DNA of 64,000 nucleotides from a virus (lineage: Duplodnaviria > Caudoviricetes). The position numbers and the translations under genes were made by a program. The stretch covers positions 64,001-128,000 of IMG/VR virus record IMGVR_UViG_3300042997_002652; one strand, given 5' to 3'. Shown here piece after piece: positions 58,572 to 64,000 of this stretch (positions are counted from its first letter, which is position 1; each line of letters starts with the position of its first letter). Below the pieces are notes generated by a model that worked only from the letters and a program-made list of their open reading frames with translations, made no database searches and was not told where the DNA came from.

Positions 58572-59845
58572 TTTACAAACCTCTCAGTAACACAAGTGTC
58601 TAAAAAGTCGTAAATATCAGTTTGAGAAAATATACCAGTGTCTGCGATTTCCAATACACGATGACTTCCACCGTTTCTGACATAAGCTCTGCACACGACA
58701 CCGGAAGCAGCATTGAACGGGGCAGTGGGCACATCAACCAGCGCACCGTGCTTGTGTTTATAATGCTCTTCCCATGCTCTTTTAGTTTGGGTAGCCAAGT
58801 TATTTTGCGTATAAAACCCTTTACGTAATGTACCCATGATCTCATCCATAAAACTACGGAAGTTTTTATCGTTTCGGGTTTTGTAAATCTTTGTTTCAAT
58901 AAACTCTTTGTAGAAGCTTTCAAAGAAACCGAATTCGGAGTTATGAAGTGGTTCTCCCGGGTAATACAAATCATGTTCAGCCGTGATATGATCTAGTACC
59001 TTACTAGACCTGGAAACTACTGCTTGAATGTGTGTAATAGAGCCAGCTAATCCACTATTATCTTTATCTTCTTTCTTGATAAGTGTGCAGTTGTTTTTCT
59101 CAATACTTTCTACTTTAACATGATTTTCCCATGCGTCTGCATCATCTTCTTTGGTTTTACCATCAATACGAATTTTATACACATCATTACGTATCATAGT
59201 ATATTCGTCAACGTTTCTTCTACCTTTTCCGTTAACGAATGTGAAAAGATCACGCGCAAAGCTACGATCAGAAGTTTCTACATACCACACAGGAACCATA
59301 AACTCTTTGTTACCAGTAATGTCTGACCATATCTTAGCAACAAAAAGAATCATTTGAGCAGTAGTATTATGTTGACCATCACATGCATGGTACCTTTCTA
59401 CTCCCGGATCTTTTACTGCAAAAACCGGACTGATTCGCCATGGATGAAAGTTTTCCAAGATTTCAAACAAGTGATTTATAATGATATCCCGCTGAATATC
59501 TAAGTCAATCACAATTTTACTGATAGGTACTAGTTTGAAGTCAGGACGATCAGACATTTTCAATTTACCTTCAAACTTCTTTTTAATTCTGCGAATAAGA
59601 GAATCGAACCTAGGATCCTTTTCTATTTCTTTCACCCGATCTGCAAAAGATATTTCATTGTGTGAACCAACAGACCGTTTCATTTCATTTTCAGGATAAA
59701 GAATATCAGGATCCTTAGGTTGGTGATTCCATTTAAACTTATAAGGGTCTACCTTTGCTTGTTTTGCTACTTTCTTAGCGAGAACCCGCTCTTGGTTACG
59801 GGTGATGTTGTTAGAATCTTTTTCAAGCATTTTGTTAGCTTTCAT
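58568..59845 (-). CDS. ParB/Srx-like (DGQH-motif) protein
   Basis: LVPISKIVIDLDIQRD...NFHPWRISPV...YHACDGQHN...VPVWYVE...LFTFVNG. Confidence 0.7.
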   Translation of the reverse strand: MKANKMLEKDSNNITRNQERVLAKKVAKQAKVDPYKFKWNHQPKDPDILYPENEMKRSVGSHNEISFADRVKEIEKDPRFDSLIRRIKKKFEGKLKMSDRPDFKLVPISKIVIDLDIQRDIIINHLFEILENFHPWRISPVFAVKDPGVERYHACDGQHNTTAQMILFVAKIWSDITGNKEFMVPVWYVETSDRSFARDLFTFVNGKGRRNVDEYTMIRNDVYKIRIDGKTKEDDADAWENHVKVESIEKNNCTLIKKEDKDNSGLAGSITHIQAVVSRSSKVLDHITAEHDLYYPGEPLHNSEFGFFESFYKEFIETKIYKTRNDKNFRSFMDEIMGTLRKGFYTQNNLATQTKRAWEEHYKHKHGALVDVPTAPFNAASGVVCRAYVRNGGSHRVLEIADTGIFSQTDIYDFLDTCVTERFVK

Positions 59846-59880
59846 GACATTCCTTATTGAAGTAAAGTTATAGTTTCTAT

Positions 59881-59909
59881 ATAGTATTAGATAAATTGAG
59901 TATTGTCAA
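59881..59909 (-). promoter_or_regulatory. sigma70-type promoter
   Basis: TTGACA-17-TACTAT. Confidence 0.7.
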
Positions 59910-59943
59910 GCTTTTTTAAAAATATTTTATAAAACCACTGAGC

Positions 59944-59991
59944 TAAGTTACTGATTTACAAACATAATTTTAACAAAGAATCAATAACTTA
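59944..59991. repeat. Inverted pair of IHF-consensus sites
   Basis: taagttactgatt...aatcaataactta (12/13 complementary). Confidence 0.7.
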
Positions 59992-60057
59992 CGTTACCTG
60001 CGTGAAATCTTAACCAGAGATCATAGTCAACATGCTCAAGCAATAACAGCCAAAAAG

Positions 60058-60126
60058 AAACCCCATTGAAATCAACAACTTACTAAAAACATCTGATTCT
60101 GTAAGTTGCTGATTTCTTTGGGGTTT
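60058..60126. repeat. 26-bp-arm inverted repeat, each arm with an IHF-consensus site; may also terminate rIIB
   Basis: aaaccccattgaaatcaacaacttac-17 nt-gtaagttgctgatttctttggggttt (3 mismatches). Confidence 0.85.
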
Positions 60127-60131
60127 GTTAA

Positions 60132-60983
60132 TTACTCAGTAGTAGCTAGAGCCTGTGCTTTACGCTGATTCAACACTTCCTGAATCAAGCGGGCTACTTC
60201 TACTCGCTCGGCATCAGTCAGTACACTTGCTTCACGTACAGCAGCTTCCTGAACCGACTTAGCAAAAGCTTCGTCAGCCTTGTCCTTGTCAATCTCGTCC
60301 ACTACTTCGTAACAACATGCACGACCTTTTGAATCGTTGTAGTCGTTAGGAATTGACACAACATCACGGGGGTTGATCTTAACGATCACGATACGCGCAC
60401 CACCAAAGTGGTTCAAGTAATCGCGTGAGCAAAAGTGCAAGCCAGTAGAACAAGTTTGGTTCTGATCGTCATCCACTCGGTTGCGTTCCATTTCTACTAC
60501 CTGACCCACTGAGTTATTCATTTTGCCAGTGTGACAGTCAGTATAGTCCTGACGAATTTTCTTGTAAGCCAAGAATGAGCCGTCGGGAGTAATCGGCAAA
60601 CTGTTCTTTTCCAAGAAGCCATAAAGTTCAGTCACAGCCCGCTTGCTAGGGTTCTGCATCAAGTTCTCCATGAACGCTACCATGGGCTTGACATCAAAAC
60701 CGTCTTGCAGCATACGGATCATGCGAGTAGCTAATGAGTTATGGAACTCTTCGCCTTTCCAGTACATAGTATCACCTTGAACAGCAATGTTGCCATTACC
60801 GTATTCCAAGATTACCTGTTTGGGATCAATAATGCTGTCTACAGTTTCCCAATCGTTTGCTTTGATAGCATCAACCACACGCTGATACATGGGGTGCGCC
60901 CTGCTTACCACGTGCGGCTTAGAGCCAATTACTACTGTTACTTGCGACCCTTGTACGATATAGGGGTATGCCATTTTATTCAC
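60132..60983 (-). CDS. rIIB: rIIB protector protein
   Basis: LPITPDGSFLAYKKIR...CSTGLHFCS..Y...VKINPRDVVSIP.DY...KGR. Confidence 0.92.
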   Translation of the reverse strand: MNKMAYPYIVQGSQVTVVIGSKPHVVSRAHPMYQRVVDAIKANDWETVDSIIDPKQVILEYGNGNIAVQGDTMYWKGEEFHNSLATRMIRMLQDGFDVKPMVAFMENLMQNPSKRAVTELYGFLEKNSLPITPDGSFLAYKKIRQDYTDCHTGKMNNSVGQVVEMERNRVDDDQNQTCSTGLHFCSRDYLNHFGGARIVIVKINPRDVVSIPNDYNDSKGRACCYEVVDEIDKDKADEAFAKSVQEAAVREASVLTDAERVEVARLIQEVLNQRKAQALATTE

Positions 60984-63108
60984 CTTTCTGGTTGTTAATA
61001 ATATTGTCGATCATGTTAATGTAATTCGCTACTTCCTGATCAGGGGCATAACGAATGTATTGCGCAAGAGGATAACGATTGTTAAGCTCGGTCACTTCTT
61101 GTTTGTACTTAGCAACGGTTGCTGTAACGTCAATATTTGTGTTTGTTTGAACCTTGTATTGATTACATAACCATTGGACTGCATATTGAACTTTACTATC
61201 TACTTTCTTAACATCTTTGAATTCTGTGTGCAGCTTGAGATACGGGCTGTCAGCATTCACTTTACTAAACACATTGTACTTGTAAACTTCACCAAAGTCA
61301 ATAGCTGATTTGATCAAACCCATTATCTGTTCATTACCGAATTTCTTCAGTTCCTGTTCAACATACGTGTCCAGATGAACCCAGTTTGTCATGGATTCTA
61401 CTTCTGCTAAGTCTGCTTTACGCACACCAAAAACCTCAACCCTGATGTTTGCATCGTTCATATATTGACGCAATGCTTTTACGTTATCAACTTTACCCAA
61501 AGATCCAAAGCCTTTGATGGGCAAGTAGTAGTGAGTTTCAGTTTTGCTAAAATCGTTTAGCTTGCCATTGGCGCGCCAAACCATGTCCTCACTGTTACTT
61601 CTGCCGCCCCTACGCTCCAAGTGCATAATGCTAACGTTCTTAGCCATACCTGCTTTGCGCGGCTTTTCATCAAGTGTACTTGCAAGACAAATTTGTGCTT
61701 GGGGTGGATTCCTGATTGCTGTAAAAAACGCAGCAGTATCCATTGCTTTAGTCTTGTCAGTAGGAGAAAGTACATACACTCTTTGATGAGTAATATTCTT
61801 GTTTTTCCAATGATACTTTGCACGTTCATAAGCACCTGTTTTGGTATCCTGAATTACAAAGTTGAGTTTTTCGTAAGGAGTAAAACTCCAAACAGCTTCG
61901 TATTCCCGCGTTTCTGTATTGTAAACACTATCTGAATTCTCAGTAGAACACCTGCTTCTATAGTCAGAATCAAACGCTTTAACAGTAATGTTGTACCGTG
62001 ATGCCAAATCACTTACTTTGATCTTAAAGGCTTGCGGATACAAGGAATACCCACCATTATTTTGAAACATGTCAAAATTTGTGTTCTGAATATACTGATA
62101 TACTGCATCACGCCACATATTAGACTGAGACTTGTTGACCAAGAAATAAGTACGTTCCCACAAGTTTTTAATCTTGTCAGCTTCAGTAGCTATATGTACT
62201 GTAAGTTGGTCACGCAACTGTTCAAGCTTTCGCTTGATTGCTTCTACTGTCATAGGAATGTAGCTCAAACCTTCACGCGATGCCTGAAAGTCCAGTTCGC
62301 CGATTGCAAATTCCATTACCAATCCGCAGTTGAGCAGACTACGCAAATCACCTAGTGTTTGGTTACTGTCAGGGATGCGAATCGGATAACCAATGTTACC
62401 CATGATAGCAACACTGTTGTTCAAGCCTTTTACTAGATGCACACCTGGAACAACATCACGAGTTTCATACTCAAAGTTATCAAACTTGAACCTGCTGTTA
62501 CCAGAAACAACAGGCTTGTGCTTGAAGGTGCGATACACAAAAATAGCTTCTTGGCAGAAGTCATTAAAGTCATACTGATTTTCTACAGCAAACCTAATTT
62601 CTACACCAGCGGGGTCAGTAGTTTCTTCTTGTGCCATGAGTGCAATACTGGGTACACCATGCTCGTTAATAAACGCGGTGTAAACGCCTTTGATGCCATC
62701 TTTGATTGCGGTTACCGTAAAGTTATCGGTATAGCTGAAGGGAGACTTTGAACCCAGACCCAGTGCACCAACAAAGTCATTGCTGCCAGTCTTGGTACTT
62801 TCAAAGAAAGTAGTAAAGATGTTGGTTACTTCATTATCACTCAAACCCACGCCATAGTCGCGGATTGAAAAGTAAGATTCAAGTGAGTTGGGCAGATGTA
62901 CGTCAAACGGAGTTTCGGTTTTACCTGCAGCAACGTGACTGTCGTATGCGTTACAAGAAAGCTCACGCACGATTGCGCGAATCTTGTTGGCGTACAAGCC
63001 GTCAGCTAGAATGCGGAAAGATTTTGCAGTAGCTTTGATCTTGAAGTCGGTAGTAGCACCAACATTGCTCAAAATCGCTTCGTTTTCAACTTGCTTAGTG
63101 AGGATCAT
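60976..63108 (-). CDS. rIIA: rIIA protector protein (GHKL ATPase)
   Basis: LYANKIRAIVRELSCNAYDSH...IRDYGVGL...STK...GALGLGSKSPFSY; adjacent to rIIB. Confidence 0.92.
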   Translation of the reverse strand: MILTKQVENEAILSNVGATTDFKIKATAKSFRILADGLYANKIRAIVRELSCNAYDSHVAAGKTETPFDVHLPNSLESYFSIRDYGVGLSDNEVTNIFTTFFESTKTGSNDFVGALGLGSKSPFSYTDNFTVTAIKDGIKGVYTAFINEHGVPSIALMAQEETTDPAGVEIRFAVENQYDFNDFCQEAIFVYRTFKHKPVVSGNSRFKFDNFEYETRDVVPGVHLVKGLNNSVAIMGNIGYPIRIPDSNQTLGDLRSLLNCGLVMEFAIGELDFQASREGLSYIPMTVEAIKRKLEQLRDQLTVHIATEADKIKNLWERTYFLVNKSQSNMWRDAVYQYIQNTNFDMFQNNGGYSLYPQAFKIKVSDLASRYNITVKAFDSDYRSRCSTENSDSVYNTETREYEAVWSFTPYEKLNFVIQDTKTGAYERAKYHWKNKNITHQRVYVLSPTDKTKAMDTAAFFTAIRNPPQAQICLASTLDEKPRKAGMAKNVSIMHLERRGGRSNSEDMVWRANGKLNDFSKTETHYYLPIKGFGSLGKVDNVKALRQYMNDANIRVEVFGVRKADLAEVESMTNWVHLDTYVEQELKKFGNEQIMGLIKSAIDFGEVYKYNVFSKVNADSPYLKLHTEFKDVKKVDSKVQYAVQWLCNQYKVQTNTNIDVTATVAKYKQEVTELNNRYPLAQYIRYAPDQEVANYINMIDNIINNQKGE

Positions 63109-63140
63109 TTAAGATTCCTTTGTTCAGTGAATATGTGATT

Positions 63141-63170
63141 ATTATAACAGATTTGGAACTAAAGTCAAGC
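63141..63170 (-). promoter_or_regulatory. Strong early sigma70 promoter
   Basis: GCTTGACT-16-TATAAT. Confidence 0.88.
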
Positions 63171-63171
63171 C

Positions 63172-63390
63172 TTATTCACAAGTTTCTACGGTTGAGTCAG
63201 GCTTGAATTTTGGTGCGAAGCCCCAACCATGGTAGTCTACCCCGTGTCCATGATAGTAGTAAACTACTCCATTTAAACAAACTTCCGGGAGAGATGTCTC
63301 TATTCTACCAGCACTGTCTCTGACCCGATCATCAGCAGGTGAACAAGCAACCATTAAGCTCAGTGATAATAGGATAAATGCGGTTTTCAT
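63172..63390 (-). CDS. Small early lipoprotein
   Basis: Signal peptide MKTAFILLSLSLMVA-C with lipobox; two further Cys. Confidence 0.75.
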   Translation of the reverse strand: MKTAFILLSLSLMVACSPADDRVRDSAGRIETSLPEVCLNGVVYYYHGHGVDYHGWGFAPKFKPDSTVETCE

Positions 63391-63422
63391 GTTATTGCTC
63401 CTTATTCGTTGACTATAAAGCT

Positions 63423-63452
63423 ATTATACACTATTTGGGCGAGAAGTCAAGT
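63423..63452 (-). promoter_or_regulatory. Strong early sigma70 promoter
   Basis: CTTGACT-16-TATAAT. Confidence 0.88.
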
Positions 63453-63582
63453 CTTTTTAGAAGTCGGGATAACCGTCACCTGCCATAGCAATCTTAGAGT
63501 AGGCTTCTTGTTCAGTAAGCGGTACACAGTTGTGTTGTGCTAAGATTTCAGGACCTACTACATGTATACAGCTAAATACTGT

Positions 63583-63834
63583 ATGCAATGGACACACATC
63601 AATGATCAGCTACAGTATGCTCAACAAGCACTGGGTCTGTCTGATCACGGAATGGTATCAAACTTGTATATACAAGGTCCACATGGTACAGTACGGGCAT
63701 ATGACATAGGTTGGATTGATGCAGGATACTATGAGCAATATCCGGATAGATTATGGGATCTCTATCTAGATATACTAGCAGTACTAGACGGACACTATCA
63801 CTGCTGTTTATCAGGGCGTGTTTGGAATCTTTGA
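63583..63834 (+). CDS. Possible small late protein
   Basis: CTAAATA at 63572-63578 then ATG at 63583, in frame with track ORF 63562..63834. Confidence 0.4.
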   Translation: MQWTHINDQLQYAQQALGLSDHGMVSNLYIQGPHGTVRAYDIGWIDAGYYEQYPDRLWDLYLDILAVLDGHYHCCLSGRVWNL

Positions 63835-64000
63835 AAGCGTCTCTGTTGCCACCACATGAGCCAAGGACTTACATGTGCGATAGCCATAACCAACCACATC
63901 GTGGGCATCTCTAGTGTAAATCCGCCACACATACTGTGATGTGTGAGTGCATAGCTGAGTATTGCCCCCAATAAGAACATGGGTGCTGGTGCTAGACTAA
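63798..64000 (-). CDS. Small two-helix membrane protein; 5' end beyond the window
   Basis: Frame is open upstream of the track Met: SLAPAPMFLLGAILSY...MCGG...MPTMWLVMAIAHVSPWL. Confidence 0.6.
   Translation of the reverse strand, partial: SLAPAPMFLLGAILSYALTHHSMCGGFTLEMPTMWLVMAIAHVSPWLMWWQQRRFQRFQTRPDKQQ

Overview
This 64 kb window comes from a large AT-rich lytic myovirus with T4-like core modules, probably a jumbo-type environmental phage. A proteobacterial host is inferred from sigma70 promoters, IHF-consensus sites, a lipobox protein, IscA and peptide deformylase. Most genes lie on the minus strand. Structural genes: tail sheath and tube, neck gp13/14/15-like proteins, baseplate wedge, two fibre proteins (one collagen-like), a GH19 lysin and putative head-packaged proteins. 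Replication genes: gp41 helicase, primase, clamp-loader subunits and UvsW. Host-like genes: clpA, dnaJ, two groES, phoH, mazG, iscA, def and a Nudix hydrolase. The right end is an early region with near-identical strong sigma70 promoters, rIIA/rIIB and small ORFs. No tRNA, rRNA, CRISPR array, integrase or reverse transcriptase was seen. Most notable observations: (1) a ~400-nt GC-enriched, densely base-paired non-coding segment at 29591-29990 that I could not assign to a known RNA class; (2) a miniaturised DnaE-type polymerase split into two genes ~39 kb apart at the FERFLN/MPDFDVD boundary, with the catalytic half coupled to a DEDDh exonuclease; (3) a Pol-beta nucleotidyltransferase fused to a KxDG ligase-like domain; (4) a 1002-aa modular head polyprotein with Glu-type cleavage motifs; (5) apparent widespread leaderless transcripts and a likely AUU start codon. 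All family assignments come from motif recognition by eye; no database search was run.
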